A DNA stretch of 24,287 bases from positions 1-24,287 of the forward strand of contig CAZOYD010000052.1 in the NCBI GenBank assembly GCA_964583985.1, in the 5' to 3' direction. The notes beneath the pieces were generated by a model. It did not search any database. It was not told the origin of the DNA and saw only the letters and a list, made by a program, of their open reading frames with translations. The stretch is from an uncultured archaeon (GTDB lineage: Archaea; Asgardarchaeota; Lokiarchaeia; Sigyniarchaeales; SOKP01). Below, piece by piece: positions 1 to 8,360 of this stretch (the first letter of the stretch is position 1; each line of letters opens with the position of its first letter). A program made the position numbers and the translations under genes.

Positions 1-2
1 TC

Positions 3-1367
3 GCTTTTGATGTTGCACATAAGCCCAGAGGAAGACTCGATGAGAATTTTACCGAATTAAAAGATTTTCTTAATTCAAATGGATTTGAATGCTACAATTT
101 TTTAGAAGCTCCTATTACCAAGTCATCTCTCAAACCATATGATGTATTAGTCTTTGTATGCCCAGATTTTTCTAAAATCTCTGCTTTAGAAATATCAGAA
201 ATAAATAATTGGGTTCGCGAAGATGGCGGTGGACTATTGTTATTATCACATGCGGGAGGAGATCGAGGAAGAAATAGTAATCTAAGCGAGTTAAGCCAAA
301 ACTTTGGGATGTCATTTGAGAATGATCAAGTGCTCGACGAAACTAACAATTTAGGTATGGAGAACATGCCAATTATTACAACTTTCATTCCGCCTCATCC
401 TATAACTAATGGAATTTCTTCATTATGTTTTCGATCCGGGTGTTCCCTAATGGTTATAGGAAATGCAATTTCTATAGTATCTTCAAATGATACATCAGAA
501 CCTTTTTCGTCTCCTTTAATTTGCGTAGCGGAACCAGATAACGGACGCGTTTGTGCTATTGGCAGTTATGAAATATTCCGAGATAAAATAGGTTGTGGTT
601 TTAATTCTGATGATCATCCAAGTTTAGCTTTTAACATATTTACTTGGTTAGTATCAGAACATCGTTTAGAATTAAGAGAGAGAGGAGAAATCCCTGAAAT
701 CTCTCCAAATCAAGTCATATCCCCTCAATTTACTGAAACCCTTTCTTCCTCTGAACAATTAATTGAGAACAAAAACGTAGATATTGATTTTTCAATGAAA
801 ATTTCTCGCAAAAGCGAGTTGTTTGAATTATTAAAAATCTTTCAAAATCAGATTAATACCATTAAGACCACGATAGACAAGCTTATCAAGACTACTGGAG
901 CATCTGAAGATGAAATTCTTGAACTCAAAGAGAATTTTTCATCTATGTCTTCACATCCTCAAATTACTGACCCTCCCACAATAGAAGATGATTATGATTA
1001 TAAGCCCTCCCTACAACCTGTAAGTATATTTGATGAGGAAATAGATCCTACGCTAACCGAATTACCTCCCAAACCATTTGAACTGCAATCTAACCCATCA
1101 GATATTTTTTCGGGGTTTGATAACGCTCAGAAACCAAAGAAAATAATCTCTTCGCAAAAAAAGAAGCTTAAAAAAAGTGAATTGCTTTCTCAAAAAAATA
1201 GTTTAGAAAGCAAAATAAATTCGGTGAAAAATTTGATTGACTTTGTCGAAAAGAAACATGCTGCTGGTGAATTAGATGATGAAACCTACACTAAAAGAAT
1301 CAAACAGCTAAAAAATGATATAAAGCAAACTCAAAATAAGATTGATGATATTAATAAAATATTATAG
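3..1367 (+). CDS. GIFT (GldG/IFT52)/DUF4350-like domain protein with acidic/Pro linker and C-terminal coiled coil; 5'-truncated by the window edge
   Basis: The frame of ORF 237..1367 is open back to base 3 (AFDVAHKPRGRLDENFTELKDFL...YDVLVFVCPDFSKIS...WVREDGGGLLLLSHAGGDRG). GGGLLLL..GG..SNL..L...FGMSFENDQV, GRVCAIGS..IF.D and NIFTWL match the GIFT/IFT52 N-terminal pattern. The C-terminus is Lys-rich and helical. Confidence 0.7.
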   Translation, partial: AFDVAHKPRGRLDENFTELKDFLNSNGFECYNFLEAPITKSSLKPYDVLVFVCPDFSKISALEISEINNWVREDGGGLLLLSHAGGDRGRNSNLSELSQNFGMSFENDQVLDETNNLGMENMPIITTFIPPHPITNGISSLCFRSGCSLMVIGNAISIVSSNDTSEPFSSPLICVAEPDNGRVCAIGSYEIFRDKIGCGFNSDDHPSLAFNIFTWLVSEHRLELRERGEIPEISPNQVISPQFTETLSSSEQLIENKNVDIDFSMKISRKSELFELLKIFQNQINTIKTTIDKLIKTTGASEDEILELKENFSSMSSHPQITDPPTIEDDYDYKPSLQPVSIFDEEIDPTLTELPPKPFELQSNPSDIFSGFDNAQKPKKIISSQKKKLKKSELLSQKNSLESKINSVKNLIDFVEKKHAAGELDDETYTKRIKQLKNDIKQTQNKIDDINKIL

Positions 1368-1378
1368 GCACTCTAATG

Positions 1379-2722
1379 TTAATTATCATCATTATTAGTT
1401 CCATTTTTTGGTTTAAACTCATCGGGAACATATGGTTGAGCGTATTTGTTAACGATTTCAAAAAATTCCTTGTCCGTTACTCCTCTAGTGATTTTTTTCA
1501 TCTCTTCCTTGATGATATTGAATGATTTCCGAAGTTCTTCTTTTGAAGTTTCCTCATGTTTCTTTTTCACTTCTAATACAATCTTCTTAATGATTTTATC
1601 TGGAATATCTAAATCCAGTACTTTAATTTTCTGTTGAAGTGCATTTAAAATGGATTTAGAGCCTGAAAATTTACCGAGATAAAAAGTTCTTCGTCTGCCG
1701 ACCATACGAGGATTAATTGGTTCATATGTTAAAGGATGTGCTAAAATTGCTGCGATATGAAGTCCACTTTCATGAGAAAATGCATTTTCACCAACAATTG
1801 GTTTATATTGAGATAATGGTTTGCAAAAATATCTTTCGCAAACCTCACTTAATTCTGGAAGGCGAGTCAATTCAATTCCGGTATTTATACCCATTCTTTC
1901 CAAAATTGTAGCCACTTCTTCTAACGCGGCATTTCCTGCCCTTTCACCATAACCATTTATACAGGTGTGAGGATAAGTACATCCCTCAAATACACCAGAA
2001 ATTGTATTAGCAACTGCTAAACCAAAATCATTGTGCGTGTGAATTCCCATGGGAATTTCTTTCTTCAGTGGTTTTAGGACTTCATTTTTAATTTGCTTGA
2101 TTAAGTATGAAGTAGAAATCGGCGTTAAAACGCCCACAGTATCTCCAAGGACGATCCTTTCAGCTCCTGCGTTTATTGCCATTCTAAAGACATCTTTTAA
2201 ATGATCAAAATCGCATCTAGTCCCATCTTCTGAAACCCAATTAACTTTAAACCCGTTGTCTTTCGCGTAATGAATGCCTTCTTCAATTATTTCCAATTGC
2301 TGTTCAGGTGTTTGTTTTAATGTTTTTCTGAAAATTGGAGAAATTGGCATGAAAATAACGATTTCATGCAGATCTGCATCGATACATGCATTAATGTCTT
2401 CCTTCTTTGGACGAGCTATTCCAAGGATAGTAGCATTTTTAAAATTTTCATTTACTATCGCTCTAACGATTTTTTTTTCGGATTTTGAAACGGCTGGAAA
2501 CCCAACTGCTATCAATATTACTCCAATTTCATCCATTAATTTGGCTAAATGGATTTTTTCATCTAAATTAAGGTAAACAGTAGGGCTTTGTTCTCCATCC
2601 CTTAAAGTTTCATCCCATATGCAAACTTTAGAAGGTGGATCGACTTTTTGCTCTTTTAAAGCAATTTTATTGTAATCAATTAAAAGTTCTTCCAATTCCT
2701 CTTTTGAAAATTTATAGCTCAT
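1379..2722 (-). CDS. DRE-TIM metallolyase, 2-isopropylmalate/homocitrate/citramalate synthase family (no obvious LeuA regulatory domain)
   Basis: Motifs DETLRDGEQ, LGDTVG, HTHNDFGLAVAN, GYGERAGNAALEE, FSHESGLH, YEP, LGKFSG. Confidence 0.9.
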   Translation of the reverse strand: MSYKFSKEELEELLIDYNKIALKEQKVDPPSKVCIWDETLRDGEQSPTVYLNLDEKIHLAKLMDEIGVILIAVGFPAVSKSEKKIVRAIVNENFKNATILGIARPKKEDINACIDADLHEIVIFMPISPIFRKTLKQTPEQQLEIIEEGIHYAKDNGFKVNWVSEDGTRCDFDHLKDVFRMAINAGAERIVLGDTVGVLTPISTSYLIKQIKNEVLKPLKKEIPMGIHTHNDFGLAVANTISGVFEGCTYPHTCINGYGERAGNAALEEVATILERMGINTGIELTRLPELSEVCERYFCKPLSQYKPIVGENAFSHESGLHIAAILAHPLTYEPINPRMVGRRRTFYLGKFSGSKSILNALQQKIKVLDLDIPDKIIKKIVLEVKKKHEETSKEELRKSFNIIKEEMKKITRGVTDKEFFEIVNKYAQPYVPDEFKPKNGTNNDDN

Positions 2723-2890
2723 CGTTGATTATTAACGGAGACAATTTAATTATTTGTAAAAATTATCTAAAACAAATAAAATTGTTTATTGCCTTTTACT
2801 CAATTTCTTTTCTGAAATTTGAATTTCTTTCAAAAGAATTAGCAATAAAAGGAAAAATTAGATAAAATTATCTTTTACTGGGGCTTTTTT

Positions 2891-3376
2891 TTAATCGTGC
2901 TCACAACCACATCCGCATTCATGAGCTTCATATGGATCTGGTTCGCAACCGGTTTCAAGAATTTTTATTTTAAAATTTAAGGTTTTTCCCGCCATTGGGT
3001 GATTCATATCAAGCGTTACAAACTCATCATCAACATCCTTAATCCAGATCAAGGATTGTGTTCCGTTGGCATCTTGCGCGCTTAACATCATCCCTGGTTC
3101 GGGATCAATTTCTTCTGGAAGTTGATCTCTTGAAATTACTTGAATTAACTGTGGATCTATCTCTCCATAAGCTTCAGAAGCCTTTAAAGTAATGGTAAAT
3201 TCATCTCCAACCTCCTTACCTATAACAGAATCATCAAAACCTCGAATTAAGAAGCCAGCACCAACTTCAAATTTCATTGGTTCTCCACCTTGAAGTTCAG
3301 TGCTGTCAAATATCGAATTATCTTCTAATCGCCCTTCGTATTCTACTTTAATTATATCGCCTTTCTTGATAGCCAT
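2891..3376 (-). CDS. slyD: FKBP-type peptidyl-prolyl cis-trans isomerase, SlyD-like, with a short Cys/His tail
   Basis: VEYEGRLEDNSIFDST, VGAGFLIRGFD, AYG, LDMNHPMAGKTLNFKIKI; C-terminus HECGCGCEHD. ATG at 3376 preferred over TTG at 3388. Confidence 0.9.
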   Translation of the reverse strand: MAIKKGDIIKVEYEGRLEDNSIFDSTELQGGEPMKFEVGAGFLIRGFDDSVIGKEVGDEFTITLKASEAYGEIDPQLIQVISRDQLPEEIDPEPGMMLSAQDANGTQSLIWIKDVDDEFVTLDMNHPMAGKTLNFKIKILETGCEPDPYEAHECGCGCEHD

Positions 3377-3579
3377 TATATATTTCAACTTTTTTGATAT
3401 TAATAATATAAAGAAAATAATGCTTATTATCTCGCGGTTTATTTTTTAAAAATCATAACTGATATCGCTCTTTCAATTTAAAATAAATTATCTCTAGTTT
3501 ACGATAAAAGATAACAATGATTTAAATATAGAGATGTGTTTTTTACTCTCAGAATCCTAAAATTTTGTTAGTGCGTTTT

Positions 3580-4422
3580 ATGAACCTAAAAGAAAAATTA
3601 TCCTCTTATAATGCTGAAAATCTAGTTTTCAATAAAGATCTAATTGATTTTTTTAAGGGTTTTGATGATATTGTAGAAGAAATTGAAAGAGATTATCACC
3701 GATTAGACGATCTACTTGAAGAAGGGAAGATAAACTTTTCAGAATTTCAATCTTTAAAATCGATTGGATCTAATTTTAAAAAAAATTTTGAAAATTTAGA
3801 AAAAATGTTCAAGAGGAACAAAGATAAAATTGAGATTTTTAAGGAAATTAGGGACAATTCAACGGGTATTATTGAAGAGTTTAAGATAGTTAAAGATTTA
3901 GATACATCTGGTTGGGGGGATTATGTATTCGACGTTAAGAAAGATACTTTATGCTCTGTAAATTCTCAAAAATTAGAATTATTATTGGATTCCTTTGTTA
4001 AGGTATCATCTTATGCTGAAAATAAGGTAGAATATGAAGAATTGCCTAATACGTGTAATTTATTTATAATTTTAGCTAATTTACTTAGTAAATTTGAAAG
4101 TGAATTTGTTTTAAATGTAGTTTACAGATATCCAACCGAAATTATGCGAGAACTTATCAATATCTCTAAAGATATTGACTATAAGTTTAGTTTCTATAAG
4201 AAATCTATAAATCGCAGTTATTTTAAAACAAGTATCGAAAATTGTTTAGCGAGTATTGAGGCTTTAGAATCAAAATTCCTTGTTCCAGTAAATAAGACAG
4301 AAGAACAGTACAAAATGGTAAAATTAAAAGATATCGTGGGTCCAAAAAAAATTGCGAGTAGTCTCTACGACTTTAGAGATTCTTTGAAGTATGGGTTTGG
4401 ATTTTCTGAAGTTAATAGTTAG
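3580..4422 (+). CDS. hypothetical helical protein
   Basis: 280-aa ORF from ATG 3580; no recognisable motif. Confidence 0.7.
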   Translation: MNLKEKLSSYNAENLVFNKDLIDFFKGFDDIVEEIERDYHRLDDLLEEGKINFSEFQSLKSIGSNFKKNFENLEKMFKRNKDKIEIFKEIRDNSTGIIEEFKIVKDLDTSGWGDYVFDVKKDTLCSVNSQKLELLLDSFVKVSSYAENKVEYEELPNTCNLFIILANLLSKFESEFVLNVVYRYPTEIMRELINISKDIDYKFSFYKKSINRSYFKTSIENCLASIEALESKFLVPVNKTEEQYKMVKLKDIVGPKKIASSLYDFRDSLKYGFGFSEVNS

Positions 4423-4578
4423 TTGAAATATAATATTTGCAATTCTTATTTCTCTTTTTTCATTCAGAATAATTAATGCTAATTAATTTCCCGCTATCAA
4501 ATAATCTCTTTGATTATATCTATTAAAACATTATTTGGAATAGAAGGGACAGGAATTTTCAAATACATAAAGTAGAGA

Positions 4579-4917
4579 TTACGTCATCTGTTCAAATAAG
4601 GCTTGTAATTCTTCTTTCACATTAGTCAATCCCAGAACCTTAAGCAATTGATCAGAGCGATCACTTAAAGAGTAGAAGGATCGTGGTTCAGAACGCTTAT
4701 ATTCTGCAACTTTCTTGTTTTTAATAAAATCATTCTCTTTCAAGATTTTAATGTGGTAATTTAAATTATTTTCTGGTATTGATGGTAATAGATTTCTTAA
4801 TTGGCTAAAGGAAAGTGGTTGCTTTGCCAAGAGTGTAAGCAATATTTTATATCTGGTTTTTTCAGATATAAATTCTAATTCTTGTCGTTTATCTTCAAAT
4901 TTCGTTGGAAGGTTCAA
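4579..4917 (-). CDS. ArsR-like winged-helix transcriptional regulator
   Basis: TRYKILLTLLAKQPLSFSQLRNLL...NNLNYHIKILKENDFI...RSFYSLS pattern; GAGGG upstream of the TTG start. Confidence 0.8.
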   Translation of the reverse strand: MNLPTKFEDKRQELEFISEKTRYKILLTLLAKQPLSFSQLRNLLPSIPENNLNYHIKILKENDFIKNKKVAEYKRSEPRSFYSLSDRSDQLLKVLGLTNVKEELQALFEQMT

Positions 4918-5090
4918 ATCATTTCCCTCTTATTATTTATATTAGTTTTTTCATTTAGTATCAGAATTAATATGTATAATTACATATTTAAATCTAACTC
5001 AAATCTAATAGAGCCAATTATCATTGATATATAATAATTAATAAGATTAATGAATTTCTTAATTGTTTATTATGTTTTAGGGGGAATTGA

Positions 5091-5579
5091 ATGGAAATAT
5101 CACATCATAGCGCATGGGACGAATTTTTAGATGAATTTATTGATGTTTTTTCCGTGTTTGATTTAATTAAGAAAAAAATATTCATTTGTGGCTCGTATAA
5201 TGATGATACATTTGCTACCCTTCAAGAAGTGCAAAAAATAATAAATATTAACGAAAATAATCTCGGGTTCTTTGAAAAAGAGTTTAGACGCACGCATATT
5301 GAAAATCTCATTTTAAAATTTGATCTTATTGCCAAATTCTCAGATGAAATCATCATGATTATTGAACATGATAAAGGAGGACACATGATTGAGATGGGTA
5401 TAATACTTTCTTTTAAAGAATACTACAAAAAAACAAAAGTGTTTGTTCTTAAAGATGTAGAAATTACGGAAGTATTAAATAGGGGTGGTCTATTGTCTCC
5501 ATTCTTTAAGGAAAATATCAGTCTATTTTATTTCGAAGATATATTACAATTAAAAAGAGATATTGATAAAATATATTAA
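5091..5579 (+). CDS. nucleoside 2'-deoxyribosyltransferase (NDT)-like/flavodoxin-fold protein
   Basis: KIFICGSY first strand; SDEIIMIIE..GGHMIEMGII resembles the NDT 'sD.ii...G...ElG' catalytic Glu motif; GGGGG RBS upstream. Confidence 0.5.
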   Translation: MEISHHSAWDEFLDEFIDVFSVFDLIKKKIFICGSYNDDTFATLQEVQKIININENNLGFFEKEFRRTHIENLILKFDLIAKFSDEIIMIIEHDKGGHMIEMGIILSFKEYYKKTKVFVLKDVEITEVLNRGGLLSPFFKENISLFYFEDILQLKRDIDKIY

Positions 5580-5603
5580 AAAGTCATTTTCAAAATTATT
5601 TGA

Positions 5604-6023
5604 TTATTTTATAATATCCGTAATAAAACAAGTTTCCACGATTTTGCACCCTTTAATCTGAGAAATCTTCTCTTCAATTAAAGGATTAAATTTTTCAATC
5701 GACTCAATCTCAACCTTGATAAATATTCCACAATTTCCACTCAATCTCCAGATATTCGTGATTTCATCAATATCCTTTAACTCCTTAAGAATATTCTTGA
5801 TTTCCTTGAAATCAGGTTCAATTTTGAGTGTAGCACGTGTTTTTGGTTTTGAATTTATTGAATAATCAATAGTGAATTTTCGGATAACATTATCATCTAT
5901 TAATTTGTTCACACGTCTTCGAACCGTTGCCTCTGTTTTCCCAACCCCATCAGCAATAATATTAAATGATTTTCTACTGTCTTTTTTTAATTCTTCTAAA
6001 ATTTGAATATCAATGGCATCCAA
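5604..6023 (-). CDS. Lrp/AsnC family transcriptional regulator
   Basis: MDAIDIQILEELKKDSRKSFNIIA..VGKTEATVRRRVNKLIDDNVIRKFTI HTH plus a RAM domain (WRLSG); GAGGTTGA RBS before TTG. Confidence 0.92.
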   Translation of the reverse strand: MDAIDIQILEELKKDSRKSFNIIADGVGKTEATVRRRVNKLIDDNVIRKFTIDYSINSKPKTRATLKIEPDFKEIKNILKELKDIDEITNIWRLSGNCGIFIKVEIESIEKFNPLIEEKISQIKGCKIVETCFITDIIK

Positions 6024-6276
6024 AAATTTTCAACCTCATGTTAAAAAACAAACTTGATATTATTAATAACGATAAATGAATAATTAATTTTATTCATTTC
6101 GTATTCAAAAATAATTATTTATTATTATTTTTTTCGAAAAAAAGCGTTTTTGTCGTGCTAGAAAAAATATCATGTGCAATGAAATCAATTTATCATATTG
6201 AAATAGAAAAAATAATAATTGTTATCATATCAATAAAATTGATTATATCTTGAAAAATAAAAATTAATAGAATCGC

Positions 6277-7905
6277 ATGAAGGAGCTATTTTTAGGGTTA
6301 GATTGTTCCACGCAAGGACTAACTGCTATAATAATTGATTTTAACTCTTTTCGAATTCTTTATAAGTATGAGATCAATTATGATCGAGATTTAGCGCATT
6401 ATAAGACTCATAATGGAGTCTATATCCATGATGATGGAATTACAGTTCATTCAAACCCCTTGATGTGGGCAGAAGCTTTAGACCTAATATTTTTTAACAT
6501 GGTGAAGGATGATGTGCCTTTACAGTCTGTTTTAGCTATTTCGGGATCGGCTCAACAACATGGTACCGTTTATCTCAACACTAAGTTCGAAAAAAATCTT
6601 AAAAATGTGAGTCCTGATTCTAATTTGGCCCATTTTTTACTCAACTCATTTTCACGAAAAACAAGCCCAGTTTGGATGGATTCAAGCACGTCAAAACAAT
6701 GTCAAGAAATTAGAGAAAAATTGGGAGGCATGAAAAAAGCCATTAAGCTCACCGGCTCAAACATAACTGAGCGATTTTCAGGACCTCAAATTAGAAAATT
6801 CTACCAACAACAATCCGAGAAATATGAAAAAACACACATAATTCATTTGATCAGTTCATATATGGCTTCTTTATTATTAGGAAAGAATGCTCCTATCGAT
6901 CATGCCGATGGAACAGGAATGAATTTAATGAATATTGCTCGAAATCAATGGGATCGAGAGGCTGTGGAAATAACAGCACCAAATTTGATGATAAAACTTC
7001 CTCCTCTTATCAAATCTTATGAGATTATTGGAAATATTGCCCCATATTTTACAGAAAAATATGGTTTTTCTCCAGAAACCTTACTTATTGCTTGGTCAGG
7101 AGATAATCCAAATAGCCTTGTAGGAGTGGGATTGATCTCTAAAGGGAAAGCAGCAATAAGTTTAGGTACTAGTGATACATTTTTTGGATACATGGAAAAC
7201 TTACACTTTGATTTTACAGGAGAAGGACACGTGTTTGGTACCCCTACAGGTTATTATATGAGCTTGATATGTTTTAAGAATGGTTCCTTAGCAAGAGAAC
7301 GAATTAAAAATCAATTTAAATTGACCTGGAGTGAATTTTCAGAGTTATTACTTCATACTCCACCAGGTAATGACGGAAATATAATGTTACCCTATTTTTT
7401 TCCAGAAATTGTTCCACTAGTATTAAACTCAAAACCCTATAGATTTGGATTCAGTGAAAATGATCCAAAAGCTAACGTGAGAGCCGTTATAGAAGCACAA
7501 TTCTTATCGATGAAATTGCATTCATCATGGATTAAAGAAAAAGCCACTGAAATCCATGCTACTGGAGGAGCATCAATAAATACAGAGATAATGCAGGTTG
7601 CTGCTGATGTTTTTAATATACCTGTACGCATTTTTGAACAGGCAAACTCAGCAGCTATAGGTGCTGCTATAAGAAGTGCAAAATCATTTTATGACTCGAT
7701 AGGGCAATATACCTCCTGGATTGAAATTAACGAAAAATTATCGCAGTTACTCATTAAAGAGATTCTATACCCAAATGAAAATGTTACGAAATTATATGAA
7801 GAAATGCTTTTTTTGTATGAAAAATATGAGGATTATGTGCTCAGAGGGAGTGAAAATCCCGAATATTTTAGACAGAGATTTAAAGATAAATACGGAAAGA
7901 AATAA
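6277..7905 (+). CDS. xylB: xylulokinase, FGGY carbohydrate kinase family (eukaryotic XYLB/XKS1-like subtype)
   Basis: LGLDCSTQ, SGSAQQHG, SPVWMDSST, ERFSGPQIRK, IDHADGTGMNL, SGDNPNSL, ISLGTSDT, CFKNGSLARE, TGGAS. Confidence 0.88.
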   Translation: MKELFLGLDCSTQGLTAIIIDFNSFRILYKYEINYDRDLAHYKTHNGVYIHDDGITVHSNPLMWAEALDLIFFNMVKDDVPLQSVLAISGSAQQHGTVYLNTKFEKNLKNVSPDSNLAHFLLNSFSRKTSPVWMDSSTSKQCQEIREKLGGMKKAIKLTGSNITERFSGPQIRKFYQQQSEKYEKTHIIHLISSYMASLLLGKNAPIDHADGTGMNLMNIARNQWDREAVEITAPNLMIKLPPLIKSYEIIGNIAPYFTEKYGFSPETLLIAWSGDNPNSLVGVGLISKGKAAISLGTSDTFFGYMENLHFDFTGEGHVFGTPTGYYMSLICFKNGSLARERIKNQFKLTWSEFSELLLHTPPGNDGNIMLPYFFPEIVPLVLNSKPYRFGFSENDPKANVRAVIEAQFLSMKLHSSWIKEKATEIHATGGASINTEIMQVAADVFNIPVRIFEQANSAAIGAAIRSAKSFYDSIGQYTSWIEINEKLSQLLIKEILYPNENVTKLYEEMLFLYEKYEDYVLRGSENPEYFRQRFKDKYGKK

Positions 7906-7961
7906 AAATATTCAATCCTAAATACCGTATAATACTACAAAAAAAATTTTAATTTAACATC

Positions 7962-8162
7962 ATGACATCTGAACTAATAGACCTTTCTCGCAAGAAAAAG
8001 AAGATATACCTTCTACTTGCCATAATTCTCATAACGGCAATCTCAATCACCTTAATTTCTTTAGGAATCGCAAATTCAAATCCAATAGATGAAGGAGGTG
8101 GATGAGGATGTTTAATTATCCCACACATTGCCAATTTCTTAGAATTAATCCTTTATTTTTGA
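7962..8162 (+). CDS. putative small membrane selenoprotein (66 aa, Sec48 encoded by UGA 8103-8105, UxC motif)
   Basis: Manual translation: MTSELIDLSRKKKKIYLLLAIILITAISITLISLGIANSNPIDEGGG-U-GCLIIPHIANFLELILYF*. Basic N-region plus hydrophobic TM helix; in-frame TGA in GGG*GC; SECIS-like hairpin immediately downstream. Confidence 0.7.
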
Positions 8163-8198
8163 ATGATTCTCGTGAAAAAATGATGGTCACGAGAGGAC
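8163..8198 (+). promoter_or_regulatory. eukaryote/Lokiarchaeota-type SECIS element
   Basis: ATGA(8163-66)-T-TCTCGTGA(8168-75)-loop AAAAATGATGG-TCACGAGA(8187-94)-G-GA(8196-97)-C. This gives an AUGA/GA core, a perfect 8-bp helix II and an A-rich apical loop. Confidence 0.75.
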
Positions 8199-8360
8199 TG
8201 CCCTGCACGGGTAAATTAAGGAGAAAAATTAATTTGAGTGTTTCACAAAATTTTTAATATGATTACTAGTATAATAAGTATTATTTGTCTGTAAATTAAA
8301 AATTCTTATAAATTTTCAAATCCTCATAAATTGAATTAATAGAGATTTAGGTGAAAAAGC

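Noticed and set aside
1446-2865. Short + strand ORFs 1446, 1717, 2274 and 2635
   Set aside because: Antisense to or overlapping the well-supported synthase gene, with no motifs
7949-8134. 61-aa minus-strand ORF (MAMCGIIKHPHPPPSS...)
   Set aside because: It is the antisense shadow of the + strand TM/selenoprotein ORF; the HPHPPPS stretch is simply the reverse complement of EGGG*GC
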